DNA of 57,210 nucleotides. It comes from an uncultured Planctomycetia bacterium. GTDB lineage: Bacteria > Omnitrophota > Gorgyraeia > 2-02-FULL-51-18. The notes under the pieces are model-generated. The model worked only from the letters and a program-made list of their open reading frames with translations, made no database searches and was not told where the DNA came from. The stretch covers positions 1 through 57,210 of the forward strand of contig CAZCDB010000001.1 of NCBI GenBank assembly GCA_964497635.1, in the 5' to 3' direction. Made by a program: the position numbers and the translations under genes. Positions 18,857 to 27,266 of the stretch are shown here, one piece after another (position 1 is the first letter of the stretch; every line of letters starts with the position of its first letter).

Positions 18857-20118
18857 GCGGGATGAGTTCTTTGCGTCAAACAGACCCGGAAGTTTTTAAA
18901 GCGGTTGCCAACGAAACACGTCGTCAAAATGACAACATTGAGCTGATTGCCAGCGAAAATTTTACCAGCATTGCCGTCATGGAAGCAGTGGGTTCAGCTC
19001 TCACCAACAAGTACGCGGAAGGCTATCCTGAAAAACGCTGGTATGGGGGGTGTGAATACGTTGACGTTGTGGAAACGTTGGCGATTGAGCGGGCTAAAAA
19101 GCTTTTTGGCGCGGAGCATGTCAATGTTCAGCCACATTCAGGTTCCCAGGCCAACGCGGCGGTTTATTATGCTGCTTTGACTCCCGGCGACACGGTCCTA
19201 GCGATGAATCTTGCGCATGGGGGACACTTGACGCACGGCCATCCGATGAATTTCTCGGGGAAAAATTTTAAGATCGTGCCTTATGGCGTGAGCCAAAAGG
19301 ATGAACGCCTGGATTATGATGAGATCGAATCTTTGGCGGTTGAGCATAAACCCAAAATGATTTTGGCCGGCGCTTCGGCTTATCCGCGTATCATTGATTT
19401 TGCGCGCTTCCGCAAAATCTGCGACAAGGTGGGGGCTCTTTTTATGGTAGATATGGCACATATTGCGGGTCTGGTGGCCGCAGGTTTGCACCCGAGTCCA
19501 GTACCTTATGCCGAATTTGTCACGACGACGACGCACAAGACTTTGCGTGGCCCTCGCGCCGGGATGATTCTGTGCCGCGAAGCCTTTGCCAAAAAAATCG
19601 ACGCGGAAGTTTTCCCAGGTCTTCAAGGTGGCCCTTTGATGCACGTGATTGCTGGGAAAGCCGTGGCACTCAAAGAAGCCCTCGAGCCTTCTTTTAAAGA
19701 GTATCAGACTCAAATCGTCAAGAACGCCAAAGTTTTGGCCGATGAGCTGACTAAGAGGGGTTATCGTCTGGTTTCCGGTGGTACCGACAACCACCTGATG
19801 CTCGTCGACGTCAACCAAAAAGGCCTCACCGGCAAAGACTGCGCCCACGCCTTGGATCTAGCTGCAATCACAGTGAATAAGAACGGAATTCCTTTCGACA
19901 CTCAAAGCCCCTTCAAAGCCGGCGGCGTTCGTCTGGGAACTCCCGCAGTGACCACACGCGGCATGAAAGAACCTGAAATGAAACTCATCGCCCAGTATAT
20001 CGATGAGGTACTCTCTAATATCCAATCCGAACCCAAAATCCAAGCGGTTCGCACCGAAGTCAAAAAGTTGACGCAAAAGTTTCCACTTTATCCGGAGTTG
20101 CTAGAGCGGCTAAAGTAG
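18853..20118 (+). CDS. glyA: Serine hydroxymethyltransferase
   Basis: [16 protein letters not shown] and [12 protein letters not shown] (PLP Lys). Confidence 0.95.
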   Translation: MSGMSSLRQTDPEVFKAVANETRRQNDNIELIASENFTSIAVMEAVGSALTNKYAEGYPEKRWYGGCEYVDVVETLAIERAKKLFGAEHVNVQPHSGSQANAAVYYAALTPGDTVLAMNLAHGGHLTHGHPMNFSGKNFKIVPYGVSQKDERLDYDEIESLAVEHKPKMILAGASAYPRIIDFARFRKICDKVGALFMVDMAHIAGLVAAGLHPSPVPYAEFVTTTTHKTLRGPRAGMILCREAFAKKIDAEVFPGLQGGPLMHVIAGKAVALKEALEPSFKEYQTQIVKNAKVLADELTKRGYRLVSGGTDNHLMLVDVNQKGLTGKDCAHALDLAAITVNKNGIPFDTQSPFKAGGVRLGTPAVTTRGMKEPEMKLIAQYIDEVLSNIQSEPKIQAVRTEVKKLTQKFPLYPELLERLK

Positions 20119-20127
20119 GAGTGCTAA

Positions 20128-20598
20128 GTGTCAAGGACTGACCCCAGAAAGGTTTTTTTGACATTGCTTCTGGGGGCTGTTTTTATTACAGCGCACCCTC
20201 TTGGTTTGCCTAAGTCATTGAATTTGTTCTTGTGGAGCTGCTTGAATAAAGTGGGGCTGGATATTTCAATGACTCCACTGACTTTTGATATGATGATGAT
20301 GTATGACTCGGGTAAGAAGTTGAACATCTATAAATACAAAATAGATGTGATTTATAGATCTGAAAGTGGCGATAAGATCATTCCAGGGAGAGCCCTTTCT
20401 TTTTACGGTTTTAAAGTTCCTGCCATTTTATTTTCTGAGATGTGCCGAGCGGGCATTGATACAAGCTGCTTCATTTATGCTATGAGCTATTACCTGAAGA
20501 AGCAGTATGGCCCTGGTACTGAATTTATGATCCATGTGAATACCGATGAGGAGGGTGTGAAATCATACGGTTTAAATATTTTTTACCCATGTTTTTAA
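20128..20598 (+). CDS. Hypothetical protein with a hydrophobic N-terminus; partner of the HTTM::DCC gene
   Basis: GTG start, 156 aa. N-terminal VFLTLLLGAVFITAHPLG is signal or anchor-like. It overlaps the next gene by 10 nt. I recognise no family. Confidence 0.45.
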   Translation: MSRTDPRKVFLTLLLGAVFITAHPLGLPKSLNLFLWSCLNKVGLDISMTPLTFDMMMMYDSGKKLNIYKYKIDVIYRSESGDKIIPGRALSFYGFKVPAILFSEMCRAGIDTSCFIYAMSYYLKKQYGPGTEFMIHVNTDEEGVKSYGLNIFYPCF

Positions 20599-21821
20599 AA
20601 AAATATTTAATTAAAAATAAGTCGGAAATAAAAGAGGCTACACCCTACGAAATCATTCTTTTTAGGGTCTGCTTTGGTCTTTATCTTGCTTATTATAATT
20701 TAAGTCTTGTTCCAGATCTGTTAAGTTATTTCGGGCCATCGAGCATGTTTCGTCCAGAGCTGTGTCATTTCTTGCAACCCTCTCTTTTATTTGTTTTTTG
20801 GAGCCCTGTTGGAATTTGGTCTTTTTTTATTTTAATGATGGGTTTAATTTTTTTATTTATCACAGGATTTTGTACCCGATATTTTGTATGGATCCTTTGG
20901 GCCCTCCAAGTTTCATTTTACAACGCGAATCCCATAATTATTCATGAGCCGCAGCAATTAGCCAACCTTTTGCTCCTTTTCTTTTTTTTCCTTCCCCTAG
21001 GAAACCAATGTAAAGAAAATGAGATAGAGGGAGCTCAAGATCTAGTTCGTCTATTAGTATTTTTTCTTAGCATTTATTATTTGATGGCGGGTTTAAAAAA
21101 GTTGCCAGACCCACTTTGGCAGCAAGGGACCGGTATCTCTTATATCCTTTCATGGGAGGCTCTTGGAAAGGATAACATCCTTACTCGTTTTATCATTGGT
21201 TGTGTTCCTATCGGCCGATTGCTAAATTACGGTACACTGGTCTTTGAAATTAGCTTTATTTTTCTTATTTTCACTCGATTCAAGCCTTTATTGGTGCTAA
21301 CGGCTTTTTTGTTCCAATTCATGATTTTTCTTACATTGGATGTCGGTAGCTTTCCATGGATTATGATAGCGTGGCAAGTTTTATTGTTAGATATTGAAAC
21401 AAGAAAAAAATATGGTATTTTTTTTCAAAAACTGAGGCAGCGCTTTAAAGGATTGTGCCCAATTTCAAGGATTGACACCCTTGTGCTCATTGATGGGGAT
21501 TGTGATCTGTGCAGTAATATTCCGGCATTTACGTCGAGATGCGATCCAGACAATCGTATTAAATTTATTGCTTTACAATCTCCCGCAGGGCAACAACTCC
21601 TCTTCCAACATCGCTTACCAACCGCGGATTTTAATTCTTTTGTTTTGATTGAAAATGGGGAAGTGTTCACAAAATCTACCGCGGCATTAAAGTATTTTAA
21701 GAGATTAAATTTTCCCTGGTCACTTTTATATATTTTTATTATTCTTCCAAATCCAATTCGTGATTTTTTTTATGATTTCGTGGCAAAGAACAGGTATCGA
21801 TGGTTTAGAATTAGAAACTAA
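20589..21821 (+). CDS. Fusion of an HTTM-like polytopic membrane domain with a DCC/DUF393 thiol-disulfide oxidoreductase domain
   Basis: The N-terminal 290 aa are multi-TM and start with the HTTM-like motif YEIILFRVCFGLYLAYY. The C-terminal LIDGDCDLCSNIPAF ... FVAKNRYRWF matches the DCC (DxxCxxC) family. Confidence 0.7.
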   Translation: MFLKKYLIKNKSEIKEATPYEIILFRVCFGLYLAYYNLSLVPDLLSYFGPSSMFRPELCHFLQPSLLFVFWSPVGIWSFFILMMGLIFLFITGFCTRYFVWILWALQVSFYNANPIIIHEPQQLANLLLLFFFFLPLGNQCKENEIEGAQDLVRLLVFFLSIYYLMAGLKKLPDPLWQQGTGISYILSWEALGKDNILTRFIIGCVPIGRLLNYGTLVFEISFIFLIFTRFKPLLVLTAFLFQFMIFLTLDVGSFPWIMIAWQVLLLDIETRKKYGIFFQKLRQRFKGLCPISRIDTLVLIDGDCDLCSNIPAFTSRCDPDNRIKFIALQSPAGQQLLFQHRLPTADFNSFVLIENGEVFTKSTAALKYFKRLNFPWSLLYIFIILPNPIRDFFYDFVAKNRYRWFRIRN

Positions 21822-23214
21822 GAACCGCTTGGCTGCCGAAAAATTGGCGGTCTTCGGCATGGTCGTTGAGAGGGGATTGGCGGATCAGGACGTAATCGTC
21901 AAAACCGTATTCTAGCTTCAGAAGTGTGTTGGGGTTGGGTCGATAGCCAAGGCCGATGGAAAAACGGGTTAGCTGGCTGACATCATCCCCAAAAGAGGCT
22001 ACGCCATCAGAGTAAGGGCCTCCCTCAAAATGATAACCTTCGCTTTCGCTGAAGGTGCCGATACCGCTGTAGCGAGCTACAAGATAGAGCTGGTCATTGA
22101 TGCGATAAAGGGGCTCGATAGCAAAGTAAGTCAGATCGCGATTGAAGGTCCCATCCTGATCCTCAATAAAAACCTGGCCTCCAAAGACGCCCAGCTGAGC
22201 CTTGTCTTGATGAAAAAATGTAGCGGCTAGTTCATAGGCCAGCGGATCGATGATACCTGAGGTGCTGGTTCCAAGTGTTGAAAAACGCCCACCAGTGCCT
22301 ACAGGCTCCAATATGTTTCCGCCAAAAACTTGGCTGGAAGCGGTTGTATCTCCCGTACGACTTGCACTGGCAGCCAAATATAAAAATTCTGTAGGCTTGC
22401 CTTGGATACGACCCACAATCATCTTGTCAGAGTCATCGTCAAGACCGCGTGTGTTGGAACCATCCATCACCGCTAGCTGCCAACCCACTCCTCGCCACTG
22501 ACCATAAAGCTCAATCCCTTCATCAACCCCTGAGGGCCAAGGCACGTCATTAGTGATCAGGGGATTATCGACTGCGTCTTCCCACAGCTTTCCTTCGCCA
22601 TAAGGGATATCCAGGCGGCCTATTTTGATCCCCATTCCGCCGTCATTTTCATCTGCAAAAATATTTTTGAAACGCGCATAAATCTCACGAGTTCCAAGAT
22701 CTTGCCTTGTCTCGGAGCCAAGCCGCACCACTTCAACTTCGGTAAAAAAGTTTACGTTTTCCCAGACTCTCGCGTCAATAAATAGGGTGGCCTGATAACT
22801 GAGGAAGCCTCCATTTTCACGTTCGGCGTCTTGACCTGTGATTGCATACCCGGCAGCTCCAAAACCACTTAAATCAATACGACGGAACCATTCCTGACTC
22901 GAGGATAAGGAGGATAAATTTCCATAAGAGTTGGTCAGCACGCTCGGTGGCGCTTCGCGTTCTGATAAATCAACGCTTTTAGGGGGTGCTTGCGTATAGG
23001 CGGGTGTTTTGGAGGTCTCGTATTTTTGAGTCGTGCCCTCAAACTTTTGCACCCGCTCATAGAGTTCACGGATCAACTGATCCTGACGATCAATCCGGGC
23101 TTTCTGCTCCTCAACAATTTTTTTAAGATCAGAAACATCATCAGCCAATACTGGGCCAGAAAAAAGAAGAAATGAGGAGAGGAGGGCGAGCGTTGTTTTT
23201 TTCAAGAAGGTCAA
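21811..23214 (-). CDS. Porin-like outer-membrane beta-barrel protein with an N-terminal coiled coil
   Basis: Signal peptide MTFLKKTTLALLSSFLLFSGPVLA-DD and a coiled segment KKIVEEQKARIDRQDQLIRELYERV. Alternating amphipathic strands follow, with a terminal aromatic residue (QAVLSF). Confidence 0.65.
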   Translation of the reverse strand: MTFLKKTTLALLSSFLLFSGPVLADDVSDLKKIVEEQKARIDRQDQLIRELYERVQKFEGTTQKYETSKTPAYTQAPPKSVDLSEREAPPSVLTNSYGNLSSLSSSQEWFRRIDLSGFGAAGYAITGQDAERENGGFLSYQATLFIDARVWENVNFFTEVEVVRLGSETRQDLGTREIYARFKNIFADENDGGMGIKIGRLDIPYGEGKLWEDAVDNPLITNDVPWPSGVDEGIELYGQWRGVGWQLAVMDGSNTRGLDDDSDKMIVGRIQGKPTEFLYLAASASRTGDTTASSQVFGGNILEPVGTGGRFSTLGTSTSGIIDPLAYELAATFFHQDKAQLGVFGGQVFIEDQDGTFNRDLTYFAIEPLYRINDQLYLVARYSGIGTFSESEGYHFEGGPYSDGVASFGDDVSQLTRFSIGLGYRPNPNTLLKLEYGFDDYVLIRQSPLNDHAEDRQFFGSQAVLSF

Positions 23215-25373
23215 AATGCCGCGACGATTCGGTCGCGGCCGCCTTGTTTGGCGGTGTAGAGCGAGCTGTCGGCAGTTTGCAAAACTTCTTTGCCGGTGGC
23301 TCCGTTGATTGGATAGAGACCTACGCCTACAGAAAAAGAAACGGGGCGAAGAATTTTATCACCATATTTTATCTGTAAAGCTTTTACACCCACCCTTAGC
23401 TCTTCAGCTTTTTGACGAGTGTTTTCGTTGGTGGCTTGTGGCAGAATCACAACAAATTCTTCTCCCCCATAACGGCAGATGATATCCCCATGGCGGCATT
23501 TCATCTGGAGGTACCTTGCAACTTCAACCAGTACAACGTCACCGGCTTCATGTCCTTCTGAGTCATTAAATTTTTTAAAGAGGTCAATGTCAATCATGAT
23601 AACGCCTACCATGATGTTCTGGCGTTTGGCACGAGAGATCTCAATTTCCATGGATTCTTCCATGTAGCGGCGGTTAAAAAGGCCGGTGAGTGGATCTCGA
23701 ACTGATTCGATTTCAAGGCGTCCCCTTAGTTTTACGTTAGAAAGCGCCAGACTTGTGTGTTTGGCAATCGTACCGATGAGGTGCTGATTTTCAATATGAA
23801 TATCTTCTTTTTTTGGAGGAAAGAGACTTAAAATCCCCATATTGCCACTGAGAGCCGTCAATGAAACGCAAATGTACCCTGGGGGGAGAACTTCTCCACG
23901 AAGATGCTGACAATTAATCACAGCCTTGGAAGCATCATCTACCACGTGAATGCCCGCGCGCCTAAGAGCCACACAGTCATCCGGAGAAAAAACATCTTTT
24001 TCAGAAGGAGGGTTTCCCCAAGTGGCAGCAACTTCCACTGTGTTTCCTGTGGGTCCTATTGCTGCGATAAAACCAGACCATTCTGGGAAAAGGCGTTGCG
24101 TGATGCTGATCACGGCCCGGTGAATCTCCTCTTTAGAGGTACATGTTTGAAGGACGTCATCCAGCTCGCTCAAGAGAGAGGCTTCGAGATTTCTTCGCTC
24201 CAGTTGAGCTACCCAATCCTGAAGCTTATGGTTGGTATTATCCAATTCTTCGGTGCGTTGGCGGACTTCACTCTCAAGTCCTTTGGAGTAGCCGGCTAAA
24301 ACTGTGTTGGCATTTCGCAGGTCTTTAATCATACGATTAAAAGACTCCGTGAGTTCTCCAATCTCATCATTGGAACGCACCTCAAGGTTTTGATCAAGGT
24401 TTCCACGCGCTACTTCATTGGCGCAGATGGCCAGCTGTCGAATGGGGCTTGAGATGCTGCGCGCAGTCAGAAAGCTAACCACAAACGATATGAGGGCTGC
24501 AATAAAACCAATCAAAATCAAAGTCAGCTGAAGACTTCGATAATAAATTGCTAGTGAACGATTGAGTGAAATCATTAATATATACATGATCCCGTTATCG
24601 TTAAAGTCTCCTTTAAAAGGGGAAACAATAGCCAATTGTTTTTCGCCCGCCAGACTGAATTCTTGTGGTGCAGCCATCGAAGAAAGAGAGTCTTGTTGAT
24701 TCAGAAGTTCTTGGAAGCCTTCAGCTTCAGAACGAGAACCGGAGCTGGCTAGAAGAGTTTTGTTGAAGGAAAAGGCAATATGACTTTCAGCCATATTATG
24801 AAATTTCTTGGCAAAGGCATCATCCATGCGATACCCAGCCCAAAGGACGCCATAAACCGCGCCATCAGAGGTGATGGGCATTGAAATCACCTGGTAAAGC
24901 TTACCTCCAACGATTTCCAGGGCGGCATATTCTTTGCCTTCAAGGGCCAACCGGACTCCTTTTTCACCGGATAAGTCATCTCCGTAGTAGCCTGGGTCAT
25001 GGGCGCGAGTCGTGACAATACCCTTTGAATCAATAACAGCAAATACATCGTAGTTGACCACTTCCTGCATTTCTTTCAAGGTAAAGAGGACGGTTTCTCG
25101 GTCAATCCCGGGGGTCACGATGACGCTTTTTAAGCGGGGGGACTCAGCAATCAGACGCAGATTTAGCTTGATCGTTTGGAAGCGCTCACTCATAAAGTTA
25201 TCGAAGGTCAGTCGTGTTTCTGATAACTCACTACGGATTTTATCGGACATCGTATTTCGAGCGCTAAAGTAAAGAGCTAGAAGTGTTAGGACAAGTACCG
25301 CACAAAGCGCTGAGCAGATGCTGACAAAAATCTTAGTATTGAGATTGGCTTTAGAAGAGGTTTTTTCTTTCAT
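23211..25373 (-). CDS. Membrane sensor diguanylate cyclase: periplasmic Cache-like domain, HAMP, GAF-like region and GGDEF
   Basis: Two TM segments flank a ~250-aa periplasmic region. HAMP motif (PIRQLAICANEVARGNLD...IGELTESFNRM), and GGDEF domain with RYGGEEF and an RHGD I-site 5 residues upstream. 4-nt overlaps with both neighbours. Confidence 0.85.
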   Translation of the reverse strand: MKEKTSSKANLNTKIFVSICSALCAVLVLTLLALYFSARNTMSDKIRSELSETRLTFDNFMSERFQTIKLNLRLIAESPRLKSVIVTPGIDRETVLFTLKEMQEVVNYDVFAVIDSKGIVTTRAHDPGYYGDDLSGEKGVRLALEGKEYAALEIVGGKLYQVISMPITSDGAVYGVLWAGYRMDDAFAKKFHNMAESHIAFSFNKTLLASSGSRSEAEGFQELLNQQDSLSSMAAPQEFSLAGEKQLAIVSPFKGDFNDNGIMYILMISLNRSLAIYYRSLQLTLILIGFIAALISFVVSFLTARSISSPIRQLAICANEVARGNLDQNLEVRSNDEIGELTESFNRMIKDLRNANTVLAGYSKGLESEVRQRTEELDNTNHKLQDWVAQLERRNLEASLLSELDDVLQTCTSKEEIHRAVISITQRLFPEWSGFIAAIGPTGNTVEVAATWGNPPSEKDVFSPDDCVALRRAGIHVVDDASKAVINCQHLRGEVLPPGYICVSLTALSGNMGILSLFPPKKEDIHIENQHLIGTIAKHTSLALSNVKLRGRLEIESVRDPLTGLFNRRYMEESMEIEISRAKRQNIMVGVIMIDIDLFKKFNDSEGHEAGDVVLVEVARYLQMKCRHGDIICRYGGEEFVVILPQATNENTRQKAEELRVGVKALQIKYGDKILRPVSFSVGVGLYPINGATGKEVLQTADSSLYTAKQGGRDRIVAAF

Positions 25374-26053
25374 GGATAGGATCTCGAATAATCTTTGCCG
25401 AGTTTATTTTTATGGGTTTGGGTTGTCTTATCTTCTCCGAGCACAAACTTGGCGGTATTCACTCCTTCTCCGATGACGATGTCACGTGATACTTCAGGAC
25501 CAAATCGTTGCCATACACGCACACGGTAGGTTCCAGGTGAAATCCCTTCAATGCGAAACGACCCATCTTCGGCCGTTACGGCAAAATAAGGGTTTGAAAG
25601 CACAAGGACGTATCCGGCCATATTGGGGTGAATGTTGCAGTAAATTTTTGACAATCCAGTTTTATCATAGAGAACTTGTTTGGAGAGCCTCTGCTTGTAT
25701 AGTCCAAGGTCAAAGGGCTTGATTTCAGAGAGCGAGAAAACATTATGGAAAATGTCATCATCATTTAAAAAATCAACTGTTGTTCCAACAACTACTGGCA
25801 GGACCTCCGGGACAAATTTTTTCCCCTTCTGAAGAATCACCGGATTTTGAGGGGGAAGCGAGAAGACTTGATTGCCGATGGCATCAATAAAAACAACGGC
25901 GTTTGAGCCATCTTCTTTAATGGAGCCGTCTTTTCGAAGAATTTGTGTGGTCCCTTCTAGAACAGCAGCGGAGCAGTCTGAAGTGATGGCCAGAAGACAA
26001 AAAAAGGCGGCAACAGAGGAAACAATTTTGATAAAAGATAGAGTTGGTTTCAT
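25370..26053 (-). CDS. Secreted cupredoxin-like protein with a CarboxypepD_reg-like beta-sandwich
   Basis: Signal peptide. Candidate type-1 copper ligand set FHNVFS ... YCNIHPNM (His, Cys, His, Met). The C-terminal DGSFRIEGISPGTYRVRVW is typical of the carboxypeptidase regulatory-like fold. Confidence 0.6.
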   Translation of the reverse strand: MKPTLSFIKIVSSVAAFFCLLAITSDCSAAVLEGTTQILRKDGSIKEDGSNAVVFIDAIGNQVFSLPPQNPVILQKGKKFVPEVLPVVVGTTVDFLNDDDIFHNVFSLSEIKPFDLGLYKQRLSKQVLYDKTGLSKIYCNIHPNMAGYVLVLSNPYFAVTAEDGSFRIEGISPGTYRVRVWQRFGPEVSRDIVIGEGVNTAKFVLGEDKTTQTHKNKLGKDYSRSYP

Positions 26054-26129
26054 GTTATTTTTTTATATTATTGGTAATTCCTTGATTAAGAATATACTTT
26101 TTTGATAAAAAAGTCAATGAAGGTATAAA

Positions 26130-27038
26130 TTAAATTCGAGAAGATTTAGCGAGTGCCGTTTCTTGTTTTGCGGCTAAAATCATCGAGTTTGAAGTTTGTC
26201 GGAGGTCCTGGGCCCAGCCAATTTTCCCCAGAGTCCAGATAATCCACTTGGTGGGATCCCAGTCGTACCAATGAATCCCGTTACGGTAGTCGTTGGGGAA
26301 GCGATGATGATAGTTGTGATAGCCTTCTCCGTTGGTTAGGACGGCACCAAACCAATTATCTTTGGCACTAGAGTGGGGGTCGTAGTTAGCCGTACCAAAA
26401 GTGTGTGCAAAGGAGTTGATGAAAAAAGTAGAGTTGAGAACAAGCACGAGGCGAAGCGCAACCGCTAGAAGTAATCCCCCCATCCAATGACCCATGAACC
26501 CTCCGATGAGGATTGGAGTGATTAGCCCTGCCGTGACCGCCCAGAGAGGGTAGTAGCGATGTTGATGCATGATAAGACGACTTTTTCCTAGATCTTTGAC
26601 ATTGTCCTCATTGGCTGGTTGTTTCCAAAAAAGAATCCATCCCATATGGGCGTAAAAAAACCCATAACGAATATTGTGGGGGTCTAATTCTGTGTCGACG
26701 TATTGGTGATGGGTGCGATGTTGGGAGGACCACTTGAAGGCGGACTGCTGGAAAGCACCCGCCCCAAAAAAAAGAACTAAAAAACGTACCAAGGCATTGG
26801 CTTTAAACGTGCTGTGTGCAAAAAGGCGGTGATAGCCGGCGGTAATCGAGAAAGAAGTCGCAAACACATAAAAGAAAAAAAGAGCCCATTCGGCTTTAGA
26901 AACACCCACATGGAAAATATAGATTGGGACGCAGGTAAGCGTCACCAGGGTTGTCAAAAAAATCAGAAAAAAACTCGGCCAGCGTAGCTTTTGCTTTAAG
27001 TGACCCGTTGCGATGGCCTGATCAATGGGTCTCATCAA
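26130..27038 (-). CDS. Acyl-CoA (delta-9 type) fatty acid desaturase
   Basis: Three His boxes: HRLFAH, HRTHHQYVDTELDPH and HNYHHRFPNDY. Four TM segments. Confidence 0.9.
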   Translation of the reverse strand: MMRPIDQAIATGHLKQKLRWPSFFLIFLTTLVTLTCVPIYIFHVGVSKAEWALFFFYVFATSFSITAGYHRLFAHSTFKANALVRFLVLFFGAGAFQQSAFKWSSQHRTHHQYVDTELDPHNIRYGFFYAHMGWILFWKQPANEDNVKDLGKSRLIMHQHRYYPLWAVTAGLITPILIGGFMGHWMGGLLLAVALRLVLVLNSTFFINSFAHTFGTANYDPHSSAKDNWFGAVLTNGEGYHNYHHRFPNDYRNGIHWYDWDPTKWIIWTLGKIGWAQDLRQTSNSMILAAKQETALAKSSRI

Positions 27039-27050
27039 ATTTTTTAAGAA

Positions 27051-27218
27051 CTAAGGAGTTGTCTCAGGGGTGGGATCGGACAAAGTTTGCTCCGGAGGAA
27101 GAGAATCTGAAGACGCCACGCCGGCCTTAAGGCTTAAGCGTCGGGCGATTTTCTCATCCCGCTTTTTTTTCTTGGCTTCTTCACGCTTTCTTTTATTAAG
27201 ATTAAAATTTTCTCTCAT
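27051..27218 (-). CDS. Possible 55-aa highly basic small protein
   Basis: Hand-translated ORF below the track cutoff: MRENFNLNKRKREEAKKKKRDEKIARRLSLKAGVASSDSLPPEQTLSDPTPETTP. It fills the otherwise empty mgtE-desaturase gap. The SD is weak. Confidence 0.25.
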   Translation of the reverse strand: MRENFNLNKRKREEAKKKKRDEKIARRLSLKAGVASSDSLPPEQTLSDPTPETTP

Positions 27219-27266
27219 CAGGCCATCTTAACAGCTTTGGAGAGGCTTCTCAATCTATTTAACAGA

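Noticed and set aside
19198-19848. Long antisense ORFs inside well-supported genes. Examples: 216 aa opposite glyA, 15579-16043 opposite purM, 16121-16618 opposite purD, 12005-12412 opposite purL, 27237-27668 opposite mgtE, 35634-36216 opposite cfa, and 56497-57042 opposite the amidase.
   Set aside because: They lie fully within genes that have unmistakable family motifs on the other strand. Their translations are low-complexity and Arg/Pro/Ser-rich, and they have no recognisable motifs. These are typical shadow ORFs.
26054-26129. Plus-strand promoter-like TTGATA-17-ATAAAT in the AT-rich spacer upstream of the cupredoxin gene.
   Set aside because: It points into the antisense strand of the desaturase gene with no plus-strand gene downstream, so it is probably a chance match in AT-rich DNA. 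The minus-strand TTGACT ... TATTCT combination is a more plausible but weak operon promoter, and I did not call it.
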